Source: Candidatus Jorgensenbacteria bacterium
GTDB lineage: Bacteria > Patescibacteriota > Minisyncoccia > UBA6257 > GWB1-50-10
Assembly: GCA_043807585.1 (NCBI GenBank)
Contig: JAZDFV010000015.1
Location: forward strand, 16,071-80,070
Reading direction: 5' to 3'
DNA: 64,000 nt
Shown: in pieces, positions 17,224-25,456 of the stretch
How the letters are laid out: each line of letters begins with the position of its first letter
How positions within the stretch are numbered: the first letter of the stretch is position 1
Notes under the pieces: generated by a model
What the model was told of the DNA's origin: nothing
The model's database searches: none
Seen by the model: only the letters and a program-made list of their open reading frames with translations
Translations under genes and position numbers: made by a program

Positions 17224-18798
17224 TTATATTCCAAGTTCTTTGTCTCTATTTTTTTCTTCTACCGGCTTCGCTTCCTTGTAGTACCGCAGGGCGCCGAGGG
17301 GCACCCTCGGCTTCTTGTTGTTCAGCAAATCGTCAACGGTGAGGATTTGAATCTTGGGGAATTCAAACTCGTTTCCGAACTTGACCTTGTACGAACCGGC
17401 GCTCGCCGCTTCCTCCAGCATCGGCTTGGTTGGTTTCTCAAGCGTAATGAGCACGCCACCCTCCGCTCGTTCCCGCTCCACGTCACCCTTGAGCGTGGCG
17501 ATATCGTTCCGATGAACCCCGCCGCCTTTCACCTGCACCAGCAAGCGGCCGTATTCCTCGTTCCCATTCTTCAAGTCCTTTACGAACGTAATAACCCCGT
17601 CTATGCCTTTATCGGCGCCGCGCATATGCTCCTTCGTTTTACTTTGAGCCGGCACCGCGTCCACCATATCGAGCACCCAGTATTCGAATTCAAACGGGTC
17701 TTTTTTGAATAGTGCCTGCGCGCTGGCAACATCACGCGGACGACCGTCAATATATATTGCAGGCATCTTTCCTTCAAACTGCTTAGCGAGGCGATGGCGA
17801 ATGAGGTTGATCGCAAGCATCGTGATGTCAATACCGACCCAGTTCCGCTTCAGGCGTTCCGCCACCGACACCGTTGTCCCGCATCCGCAAAATGGGTCAA
17901 GCACCCAATCCATTTCGTTTGAAGATGCCTTAACAATACGTTCAAGGAGTGTTTCTGGTTTTTGAGTGGGATAGCCAAGTCGTTCATTAGGAGAAATATG
18001 CCCTCCTGATGGAATATCAACCCAAAAATCTTCTGGAATCTTACCTCGCTTTAAATATTCCTGACGCACTGTTTCATCCTGTAATTTCCCTTCACTCCCC
18101 CATATTTTTGCCCCAGCACCCTTATCTGTATGTAACTCCTTATAGGGAATCCTCGTTGCTTCAAGATTGCTGTAATAATTATCTGTCTTTGAATATCGCA
18201 AAATTGTGTCATGTTTTTTAGGAAAATCATTCTTTGCACCAGAAGGACCAGTATAGCACCACACAATCTCGTTCCTAAAATTCTGCTTTCCAAAAATCGC
18301 GTCCATCACAATTTTTAAGTAATGGCTTGCGGTCGGGTCACAGTGGAGATAAATACTCCCTGTCGGTTTCAGCACGCGATGTAACTCTAAGAGTCGCACC
18401 GTCATCATGGTGAGATAGGCAAGCACGTCGTTGTGTCCCACGAGTTTCTCCAACGCCTGCATCAGATTGATGATTTTCTCGTTGATGGGCGCTTTTGTAG
18501 TTCGTACTCCCGCGAGTTCCTCGAAGGTTTCCTGCGCATCGCGCGTCCAGTGCCATGAATCTTCAAACGCCTGCACTTGCGAAGGGCTGTCCTGCAACCC
18601 TTCTTTAAAGAGAACATTGTAGTTCCGGTTGGAGTTGAACGGCGGGTCGAGATAAATCAAATCAAAACTCTCGTCGGGAATTTTCTCCCGCAGGATTTCC
18701 AAATTATCGCCGAAGAACAGGGTGCGATTTCTAAGTGGTTCCATTTTTTTCCATCCTACTCCTCTTTTTCTTCCCCGCCAAGCTACGAGAGGGTACAC
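17224..18798 (-). CDS. beta-class N6-adenine/N4-cytosine DNA methyltransferase fused to a C-terminal Mrr-like (PD-(D/E)xK) nuclease domain
   Basis: Motif IV DLIYLDPPFNS precedes motif I LDPFCGCGTT (beta order); C-terminus GADKGIDGVITF...LLVQVKGGG resembles Mrr_cat. Confidence 0.75.
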   Translation of the reverse strand: MYPLVAWRGRKRGVGWKKMEPLRNRTLFFGDNLEILREKIPDESFDLIYLDPPFNSNRNYNVLFKEGLQDSPSQVQAFEDSWHWTRDAQETFEELAGVRTTKAPINEKIINLMQALEKLVGHNDVLAYLTMMTVRLLELHRVLKPTGSIYLHCDPTASHYLKIVMDAIFGKQNFRNEIVWCYTGPSGAKNDFPKKHDTILRYSKTDNYYSNLEATRIPYKELHTDKGAGAKIWGSEGKLQDETVRQEYLKRGKIPEDFWVDIPSGGHISPNERLGYPTQKPETLLERIVKASSNEMDWVLDPFCGCGTTVSVAERLKRNWVGIDITMLAINLIRHRLAKQFEGKMPAIYIDGRPRDVASAQALFKKDPFEFEYWVLDMVDAVPAQSKTKEHMRGADKGIDGVITFVKDLKNGNEEYGRLLVQVKGGGVHRNDIATLKGDVERERAEGGVLITLEKPTKPMLEEAASAGSYKVKFGNEFEFPKIQILTVDDLLNNKKPRVPLGALRYYKEAKPVEEKNRDKELGI

Positions 18799-18844
18799 CT
18801 ACCCCAAAACCGAACCCCGGTAATAGCGGTTAGTAGAGACAAAC

Positions 18845-18897
18845 AAAAACGCCCGCTTGGGCGGGTTTGGATTATCGGGTCCGAATTTACGCATATT
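18845..18897 (-). pseudogene. second short remnant of the ywbE-like 5-prime end
   Basis: gcccgcttgggcgggtttggattatcgggtccgaatttacgcatattcgttttgtcatttta parallels 15345-15420. Confidence 0.45.
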
Positions 18898-19002
18898 CGT
18901 TTTGTCATTTTACACCAAAATGACGACTATTAACCTGTTATTAGAAGCATTGACATAGAGAGTACGTGGCGTTAATATACCGTCGGTTACTTTTGAGAGT
19001 GC

Positions 19003-19221
19003 ATGTGGCCTAGGCCTAAGACGACACTTCGCTTGCGAGGTTCAAACGTCATGGCACATACGAAAGGACTGGGAAAGGAGTACATTTACTGCCAATCGAT
19101 CGACTCACCTCCAGAATGGCAGGACGAAGTAGACTACCTCATTTATGAAGTTCAAAGTCTATTGATAGTAGAGAGGTTCAGCCAAAGATCGGTCGAGACA
19201 GATTTTGTACCTTCTCCCTAA
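19003..19221 (+). CDS. small hypothetical ORF ending at a rho-independent terminator
   Basis: 72-aa ORF; terminator immediately follows. Confidence 0.3.
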   Translation: MWPRPKTTLRLRGSNVMAHTKGLGKEYIYCQSIDSPPEWQDEVDYLIYEVQSLLIVERFSQRSVETDFVPSP

Positions 19222-19250
19222 GCCCAACAAGGATATCCTTGTTGGGCTTT
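19221..19250 (+). terminator. rho-independent terminator agcccaacaaggatatccttgttgggc then ttt
   Basis: 11-bp perfect stem, T-run on the plus strand. Confidence 0.55.
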
Positions 19251-19362
19251 AAATTTTTATGTGGATAACTACGCACAGGTATCCCTTACCAACAAAAAGT
19301 GGTTTTCTTCCCTGCTCGGTGCTTTACTGTCTTCTGCAAGGTAGAGAGGAAGCGGGATTTGG

Positions 19363-19719
19363 TCATTTATTAAAAGCCCATTCAGAAATATTGAGCAGAA
19401 CAATAGCATCCTCCTGTTGATTGGTCCAAATAGGTACTGTTTTATTCCAGTAGAAGAAGTGTGAAGTATTGCCACTCCCATTTACTTGTGTTTTATAAGA
19501 CCCTTTCTTTGTATAAAGAACAATTAAATCACCCTTTTTAATTTCGTGGTCAGTAAACCAAAAAGTAGCACTGGTAGCACTAGAAACTTGCGCCTCCCCT
19601 GTTTTTTTAGATTTGAAAACGGCGTATTCTCCAACGTTATCATCATCCAAAACCTCAAAAATAACCCTTTCTTTCTCTAAATTCCCCGCGTCTTCAATTC
19701 CTTTAATTTGGATTTTCAT
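19363..19719 (-). CDS. hypothetical soluble protein, AT-rich, first gene of a two-gene module
   Basis: 118 aa; stop/start overlap with the upstream gene. Confidence 0.45.
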   Translation of the reverse strand: MKIQIKGIEDAGNLEKERVIFEVLDDDNVGEYAVFKSKKTGEAQVSSATSATFWFTDHEIKKGDLIVLYTKKGSYKTQVNGSGNTSHFFYWNKTVPIWTNQQEDAIVLLNISEWAFNK

Positions 19720-20267
19720 TATGAATTATTTTTCTTAAAAGATTTCAAAAAATCAGGGTTCCACATAGCCAAAACAAAACTCGCTAAACATAAAAGTGCT
19801 ATACCCCAACGATATTGCAATAAATCAGGAGTAAAGAAAAGACCTCCCAATAAACCACCAACGGTGAATAAAAGATTCCTTACTCCAATAGATTCTCCTA
19901 ATCCTAATAATCTCTCCTTCAAAACAGCGGATTCTTCACTCTTTTGATAAAATTTATCCTTAAATGGTTTTAATCCAGCAATTTCACTTTGATAACGCTT
20001 AGTATCACCAAGAAGTGTTCTAGCTACCACTTTTGCTACTTTATTGTTTTCTAAATCTTCTTCGGTAATTTCATCTTTAATGCCAGCGTAGGGCGTTTTT
20101 GCTGACTTAACGCCATCTATTTCTGGCGAACCCTTCGGCTCCTCATCTAGTTTTAGAACTATCTTAGCCATTTTGTCTAAGTATAACACACCTGGTTCAA
20201 TGGTATCTACCAAAGAGTAATCCCGATATTTATAATGAGACAAGGATAGCTTTTCTCTAGAAACCAC
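19719..20267 (-). CDS. hypothetical protein with C-terminal transmembrane helices, AT-rich
   Basis: 182 aa; hydrophobic C-terminus NLLFTVGGLLGGLFF...IALLCLASFVLAMW. Confidence 0.45.
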   Translation of the reverse strand: MVSREKLSLSHYKYRDYSLVDTIEPGVLYLDKMAKIVLKLDEEPKGSPEIDGVKSAKTPYAGIKDEITEEDLENNKVAKVVARTLLGDTKRYQSEIAGLKPFKDKFYQKSEESAVLKERLLGLGESIGVRNLLFTVGGLLGGLFFTPDLLQYRWGIALLCLASFVLAMWNPDFLKSFKKNNS

Positions 20268-20329
20268 AACAACCTCGCCTCGCGGCGGGGCTCATTATAC
20301 AAACGATTTTGACTATTCCGGCAGTTTTT

Positions 20330-22921
20330 CTACTTCTTCGCCAACTGAAGAATGGTTTTGATGACCGTATCCGGATTGAGAGAGATGCTCTCTATCCCCT
20401 TCCTGATGAGGAACGCGGCGAAGTCGGGGTAGTCCGAGGGTGCCTGGCCGCAGATGCCGCTGTATTTTTTTCGCTTGCGGCACTTCGCGATGACCTCCGC
20501 GATCATCTTCTTCACCGCCGGGTTGTTCTCGTTCGCGATGTGGGTGACGATTCCGGAATCGCGGTCGAGGCCCAGGACGAGCTGGGCTAGGTCGTTGGAC
20601 CCGATGGACATACCGTCAAAAATGTCCAGGAACTCATCGGCGAGGAGAATGTTGGAGGGGATTTCGCACATCACATAAACCCGCAACGGGTTTATGTGAC
20701 CCTGAGCCTGTCGAAGGGTTGTTTTCCCTCGCTTCAAACCGAAGCGCGCCATTGCGGCGAGTACCTTTCTTCCCTCCTCCGGCGTGCGGCAGAATGGCAC
20801 CATCGGCACCACGTTCGTGAGGCCGAACTTCTCGCGGACGCGCCGCAGGGCTTTCACCTCCAGGCCGAACGCTTTCTCGAACTTCGGGTCGTAGTAGCGC
20901 GAGGCGCCGCGCCACCCGAGCATGGGGTTCTCCTCCACCGGTTCGTAGAGTTCACCACCCACGAGCTTCCGGTACTCGTTCGTCTTGAAATCGGAGAAGC
21001 GGATGATAACCTCGCGCGGGTAGAACGCCGCGCCTATCTTTGCAATGCCCTCGGCGAGTTCGTCCACGTAGAATTTTGTCTTATCCTTATAGCCCGGCGT
21101 CAGTTCGTCAATTTTCCGAATCAGTTTCTGCAGTTTTGATTTTTCAGTTTTCGTTTTGACTTTTGAGATTTGAGATTTGAGTTTATCGTATTCGATGAGC
21201 GCGTTCGGGTGAACCTTGATGTGCGAGGCGATGATGAACTCCAACCGCCCAAGGCCCACGCCCGCGACGGGCAGGTAGTGGTTTTTGAACGCCTCGTCGG
21301 GCGCGCCGATATTGACCATAATCTTTACCTTCGGCTTCGGGAGCTTGTCCAGGTGGTGCTCTTTTATTTCAAACGCCAGTTTCCCCTGGTACACATGGCC
21401 GGTTTCGCCGCCCGAGCAGTCCACAGTAACCGCCTGCCCCGTTTTCAGCTTCCGCGTGGCGTTTCCCGCGCCCACGATGCAGGGAATCCCGAGCTCGCGC
21501 GAGACGATGGCGGCGTGCGACGTGCGCCCACCCTTGTCTGTCACGATCGCCGCGGCGATCTTCATGATAGGCTCCCAATCGGGGTCGGTGATCTCGGTCA
21601 CGAGCACCTCGCCGGGCTTGAACGAACCAATACCCCTTATGCTCTTTATCACCCGCGCCTTTCCCGCGCCCACTCTCTCCCCCACCGCGATGCCCTCCGT
21701 AAGCACCTTGCCCTGAGGGCTTCGACTGAGCTCAGCCGAATGTCCTTGTCGAAGGGTTTTGCCCCCTGCGCGCCGAAGTGTTTTATCTTTGAGCCGGTAC
21801 TCGCGGTAAACCTTCTTACTTTCCATTGCGTGGACCGTTTCGGGGCGCGCCTGCACGATGAAGAGTTCGCCTGTTTTGCCGTCCTTCGCCCACTCGATAT
21901 CCATCCCGTTAGAGGCAGCCCGCCCCAGGGCCCCTCCGGGGCGCGCAGCGCGGGCGCGGCCTCTAACGGGACCCATCGGCCGCATACGATTCCTCACTTC
22001 TGCAAAGTGTCTCTCTATCTCGACACTCCACCGCGCGAGCGTGAGCACCTCATCCTCCGTGAGGCAGAAGCGGTTCTGGTCACGCGGCGAGACCGCCACC
22101 TTCCGCGTTCCTACGCCCGCGTAGACGAGCTTCACCGTTTTCCTCCCAAGGTTCTGGGCAATGACCGCCTTGAACCCCTGCGCCAGGGTCGGTTTGAAGA
22201 CCACGAACTCATCCGGCAGCACCCTTCCCTGCACCACCATCTCACCCAGACCCCATGAGGCATTTACCACCACCACCTTGTCGAACCCCGTTTCGGTATC
22301 AATGGTGAAGATGACGCCGGAGGCGGAGAGATCGGAGCGCACCATCTTCTGGACACCCACCGAGAGCGCCACATCCGAGTGCGTGAACCCTTGGTCCGCA
22401 CGGTACGAGATGGCGCGGTCCTTGAAAAGCGAGGCGATGCATTTCTTCGTGGCGAGGAGCACTTCATCGGCGCCGGAAACGTTCAGGAACGTTTCGTGCT
22501 GGCCGGCAAATGAAACACCGGGGAGATCCTCCGCGGTCGCCGAAGAGCGCACCGCCGTGTCCAAGTTCTTCCCGTACTTCTTCTCCAGTTTCCGATACGC
22601 CGCCCGTATCTCGCGTTTCAGGTCTGCGGGGAGTTCCGCCTTCACTATGAGTTCGCGTATCGCCTTACCGCGCCGCTGGAGGTCCTTGAGGTTGCGGGTT
22701 TTGAGGCCAGCGAGGAGCGTTTTTATTTCGCGGTCCAGCCCGGTTTCTTTCAGAAAGTAGCGGTAGGCGCCCGCGGTGATGGCGAAGCCGTCAGGCACAC
22801 TGATACCCCGCTTCGTGAGGTTCGAGTACATTTCCCCGATCCCGGCGGTCTTGCCGCCTACCTTAGGGACGTCCTTCAAACGTATGTCTTTGAACCAGAT
22901 GATGAACGGCTTATAGGTCAT
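20330..22921 (-). CDS. ppsA: phosphoenolpyruvate synthase (pyruvate, water dikinase) carrying several in-frame repeat-element insertions
   Basis: MTYKPFIIWF...VGGKTAGIGEM N-terminus, central phospho-His domain, C-terminal MCEIPSN...GSNDLAQ PEP-utilising block; 863 aa against about 790 typical. Confidence 0.85.
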   Translation of the reverse strand: MTYKPFIIWFKDIRLKDVPKVGGKTAGIGEMYSNLTKRGISVPDGFAITAGAYRYFLKETGLDREIKTLLAGLKTRNLKDLQRRGKAIRELIVKAELPADLKREIRAAYRKLEKKYGKNLDTAVRSSATAEDLPGVSFAGQHETFLNVSGADEVLLATKKCIASLFKDRAISYRADQGFTHSDVALSVGVQKMVRSDLSASGVIFTIDTETGFDKVVVVNASWGLGEMVVQGRVLPDEFVVFKPTLAQGFKAVIAQNLGRKTVKLVYAGVGTRKVAVSPRDQNRFCLTEDEVLTLARWSVEIERHFAEVRNRMRPMGPVRGRARAARPGGALGRAASNGMDIEWAKDGKTGELFIVQARPETVHAMESKKVYREYRLKDKTLRRAGGKTLRQGHSAELSRSPQGKVLTEGIAVGERVGAGKARVIKSIRGIGSFKPGEVLVTEITDPDWEPIMKIAAAIVTDKGGRTSHAAIVSRELGIPCIVGAGNATRKLKTGQAVTVDCSGGETGHVYQGKLAFEIKEHHLDKLPKPKVKIMVNIGAPDEAFKNHYLPVAGVGLGRLEFIIASHIKVHPNALIEYDKLKSQISKVKTKTEKSKLQKLIRKIDELTPGYKDKTKFYVDELAEGIAKIGAAFYPREVIIRFSDFKTNEYRKLVGGELYEPVEENPMLGWRGASRYYDPKFEKAFGLEVKALRRVREKFGLTNVVPMVPFCRTPEEGRKVLAAMARFGLKRGKTTLRQAQGHINPLRVYVMCEIPSNILLADEFLDIFDGMSIGSNDLAQLVLGLDRDSGIVTHIANENNPAVKKMIAEVIAKCRKRKKYSGICGQAPSDYPDFAAFLIRKGIESISLNPDTVIKTILQLAKK
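20672..20735. mobile_element. hairpin (cacataaacccgcaacgggtttatgtg) plus cctgagcctgtcgaaggg element inserted in-frame in ppsA (encodes KTTLRQAQGHINP)
   Basis: Same cctgagcctgtcgaagg module with an adjacent hairpin at 47986-48030 (in ychF). Confidence 0.55.
21131..21183. repeat. gagatttg-type tandem repeat inside ppsA (encodes SQISKVKTKTEKSKLQKL); related copy intergenic at 50710-50750
   Basis: ttttgacttttgagatttgagatttgag. Confidence 0.5.
21707..21765. mobile_element. short CTGAGC-family element (ggcttcgactgagctcagccgaatgtccttgtcgaaggg) in-frame in ppsA
   Basis: Same termini as the longer copies at 55617, 60158 and 50010 (reverse orientation). Confidence 0.6.
21901..21976. mobile_element. 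cccgttagag TIR element (short form) inserted in-frame in ppsA (encodes MRPMGPVRGRARAARPGGALGRAASNG)
   Basis: catcccgttagaggc ... gcctctaacgggac inverted termini as in the copies at 44842, 45946, 48936. Confidence 0.6.
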
Positions 22922-23021
22922 ACTAGGCTACCTCCGTATTGTAACACGTCTCACAATACGATTTCTTTTTGTTCTGTACCATAGTTCAAAAACTAATCTC
23001 TTTGGTTACGATGCCGCAGTA

Positions 23022-23047
23022 CGGTGCCGTGACGCGTCACAGCACCG
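23022..23047. repeat. near-perfect palindrome cggtgccgtgacgcgtcacagcaccg upstream of ppsA (shares the tgacgcgtca core with the eno site)
   Basis: Read directly. Confidence 0.5.
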
Positions 23048-23124
23048 CATCTAGACCACTTTTGCATCGTAATTCGACACTGTCTGTTTTCTCGATTCAT
23101 ATTTTCTAGATTTAATTTCGGCTA

Positions 23125-23157
23125 CTATCCCATGGGATAGTACTATGCTATAGCATA
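23125..23157. repeat. palindromes ctatcccatgggatag and tactatgctatagcata upstream of ppsA (second shares a 16-mer with the eno upstream region)
   Basis: actatgctatagcata present at 7443 and 23142. Confidence 0.55.
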
Positions 23158-23252
23158 ACACCTTCATTCTTAGACGACTTCGCTGCTGTAGCACTGCTCA
23201 CAGTAGACGATTTCGGGCCGGTTGGGGGCATAACTCGTCTCAAATTCATTGG

Positions 23253-24581
23253 TTAATCTTTCAGCGCAACAATCAAATCCGAAACGTTGGAGCCGGTGTC
23301 GCCCGTGATGAGGGCGTCGCCCGTCGCTTTGAAAAACTCGTAGGAGTCGTTCTCGGCGAGGAACTGTGCGGCGTCAAGTTTCAACTTCTCCGAGTGCTCC
23401 TTCGTCATTATATCAGAGACGGCGCCGGCGAAGTCGGTGTTGTCCCGTCCGTCGGAAGCGAGGGCGAGAACGAGCTCCCCTTCTTTGAGCTCCCTCAAGG
23501 CACCGAGGGCGAGCTCAAGGTTCCGGCCGCCTCTCCCCTGCGGGTTCTGCACCGTGACAGTGGTCTCTCCGCCGTAGAGGTGGACGGTGCCGGGTGCCGC
23601 CTCATGGAGCACATCCGCGATTTCTCTGCCCACATCCCGCGCCTCGCCGCGAAGGTTCGCGGTCATGATGCGGGGCGTGAAACCGGATTTTTCCGCCTCC
23701 GCCGCCATCGCCCCGAGCGCGGCTTGGTTGGAAACGACAAGGAGGTTCGTCACTTTTTCAAAATACTTATCCTCTTTTGGCGTCTCAATGAGTTCCAGTC
23801 GCGGGAGGTTACACTTCTCGCGGATGGCGTACTTCTCGAGCACCGCTTCGGCGTCCGCCACCGTCGTTTTGTCCCTCACAGTGGGGCCCGACGCGATGAA
23901 AGCAAGTTCGCCGCCCGGGACGTCGGAGAAAATGAGCGAAATTACCTGTGCGGGGCAGGCATAGCGCGCGAGCCAGCCGCCGCGGGCAAGCGAGGTGTGC
24001 TTGCGGAGTGTGTTTATCTCGTAGATGTCGGCGCCGCCCGCAAAGAGGCAGCGGAGGATTTTGGCTTCATCTTCGCAGGTGTGGTCCTGCGGCTGACCCG
24101 CCTCCGCTGAAGCTATGGCGGGTAAACATAATAAAGTAGAGCCGCCCCCCGAGACGACAAAGAGCACCGTATCTTTCTCCGAGAGGCCGGTGAGCGTTTG
24201 AATAATCTCCTTCGTGGCGTCCACGTTGGACTGTGTGGGGAAGGGGTGGGTACCAAAGCGAATTTCTAATTTCAAATTCCTAATTTCTAATGACGGCTTG
24301 TTTGACGTTAGAATTATTCCACCAGACAATCTTTCGCCGAGAATTTTTTCCAGTACCCTACCCGATTCCAGCGCGCACTTCCCAACCCCAATGACGAGGA
24401 GTTTGCCGTCCGGTGCAAGCTTGAATTTCTCCCCCTTTACGGAGAGTGTGTCACCCGCGAACTGTACTGCGTTCTTCACGACCGATTCGGTGTCTATCGC
24501 CTGAAGTCCGGCCTCCGCGATCTGGAGCGCCGCTTCCCGCGGTCTGCTCTTCGCAAGTTGCCCGAAGTTTTTGATTCTCAT
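23253..24581 (-). CDS. glycerate kinase (MOFRL/DUF4147 family, glycerate 2-kinase type)
   Basis: 442 aa; conserved blocks LVIGVGKCA, FSDVPGGELAFIASGPT, LYGGETTVTV typical of the GckA/TtuD family. Confidence 0.7.
   Translation of the reverse strand: MRIKNFGQLAKSRPREAALQIAEAGLQAIDTESVVKNAVQFAGDTLSVKGEKFKLAPDGKLLVIGVGKCALESGRVLEKILGERLSGGIILTSNKPSLEIRNLKLEIRFGTHPFPTQSNVDATKEIIQTLTGLSEKDTVLFVVSGGGSTLLCLPAIASAEAGQPQDHTCEDEAKILRCLFAGGADIYEINTLRKHTSLARGGWLARYACPAQVISLIFSDVPGGELAFIASGPTVRDKTTVADAEAVLEKYAIREKCNLPRLELIETPKEDKYFEKVTNLLVVSNQAALGAMAAEAEKSGFTPRIMTANLRGEARDVGREIADVLHEAAPGTVHLYGGETTVTVQNPQGRGGRNLELALGALRELKEGELVLALASDGRDNTDFAGAVSDIMTKEHSEKLKLDAAQFLAENDSYEFFKATGDALITGDTGSNVSDLIVALKD
24261..24293. 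repeat. taatttctaat tandem units inside the glycerate kinase CDS (encode EIRNLKLEIRF)
   Basis: aatttctaatttcaaattcctaatttctaatga; same unit dominates the murG-ftsW spacer. Confidence 0.5.
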
Positions 24582-24687
24582 ACTCAGTTTTAGCGGATTT
24601 TTTTGTTCTGTTTTAGCCGTACTCCATACTTAACGCCCGCTACTGACCACCAAACAATTATACCACCGCACCTCACAAAACCGCGCT

Positions 24688-24721
24688 GCTTCATTTCGTC
24701 ACATATGTGACGAAATGAAGC
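24688..24721. promoter_or_regulatory. 34-bp perfect palindrome gcttcatttcgtcacatatgtgacgaaatgaagc upstream of glycerate kinase
   Basis: Exact reverse-complement symmetry. Confidence 0.5.
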
Positions 24722-24811
24722 ACTGCACAATCACCTCCACCGCCGAGCATTTCCCCCGCCGGAAACAAAAAGAAGCCCCGATTTCCGAGGCTTCGCTTTC
24801 TGTTCTGACCG

Positions 24812-25246
24812 TCAGCGGAGAATGACCTCCGCTGACTTCTCAAAGAGTAATTCCTTAACCACCCCCTCGATGGTTGTACCTGTACGCAGCGCCTTTGTTG
24901 CAAGGAAACGGAGGACGGAAACCTGTTCGCCATTCCCCGTCATCAGTGAGCTCACCTCCGCCGCCTCCTCGATCTTCTGGAACTCTTCCGCCGGGAGCTC
25001 CTCCTGAATCTTTCGGTAGGTAGACCCCGCGATTCCTTCCGTCTGCCTGACCAGATCCTCAATGCACAGGCGGCAGGCAGTACCACCCCCTTCAAACCCG
25101 AGGTGGGGAGATTTATGCCGCACACAGTATGCGGGTGATTGCTCCGCACACTGGAGACAGGAAATGGTAATGATGGAACCATCCGCCTTTTTGATTGGCA
25201 GGATAACGTAAGTCATCGCATTCTTGCCACACGTCTCGCAGTTCAT
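24812..25246 (-). CDS. hypothetical protein with N-terminal zinc-ribbon-like Cys pairs
   Basis: 144-aa ORF; MNCETCGKN...CLQCAE. Confidence 0.4.
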   Translation of the reverse strand: MNCETCGKNAMTYVILPIKKADGSIITISCLQCAEQSPAYCVRHKSPHLGFEGGGTACRLCIEDLVRQTEGIAGSTYRKIQEELPAEEFQKIEEAAEVSSLMTGNGEQVSVLRFLATKALRTGTTIEGVVKELLFEKSAEVILR

Positions 25247-25356
25247 GGGTTTGCCCTTTCTTGCGTTCGTGATGGGTTTGAATTAGGGAGAGCTAAAAAC
25301 AAAATAGCACGTTTCGTGCTATTTTGTCGAACACCGATATCCGGAAAGTTCACCTA

Positions 25357-25385
25357 CGCATCGTCCGCCTAAGGCGGACGATGCG
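25357..25385. repeat. palindrome cgcatcgtccgcctaaggcggacgatgcg (gtccgcctaaggcggac core, second copy at 61442)
   Basis: Read directly. Confidence 0.5.
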
Positions 25386-25456
25386 GGGTTTCGCTCCACG
25401 GAACCCCACAATGAGCCCCACACATAACCAAGAGATTATATGTGGGGTGTGGAGCT

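Noticed and set aside
17182-17712. 176-aa plus-strand ORF inside the methyltransferase gene
   Set aside because: Antisense to a well-supported MTase with clear motifs.
18799-19362. Possible prophage/integrase near the low-GC island
   Set aside because: No integrase, recombinase or phage structural gene signatures were found. Only a small ORF plus terminator is present.
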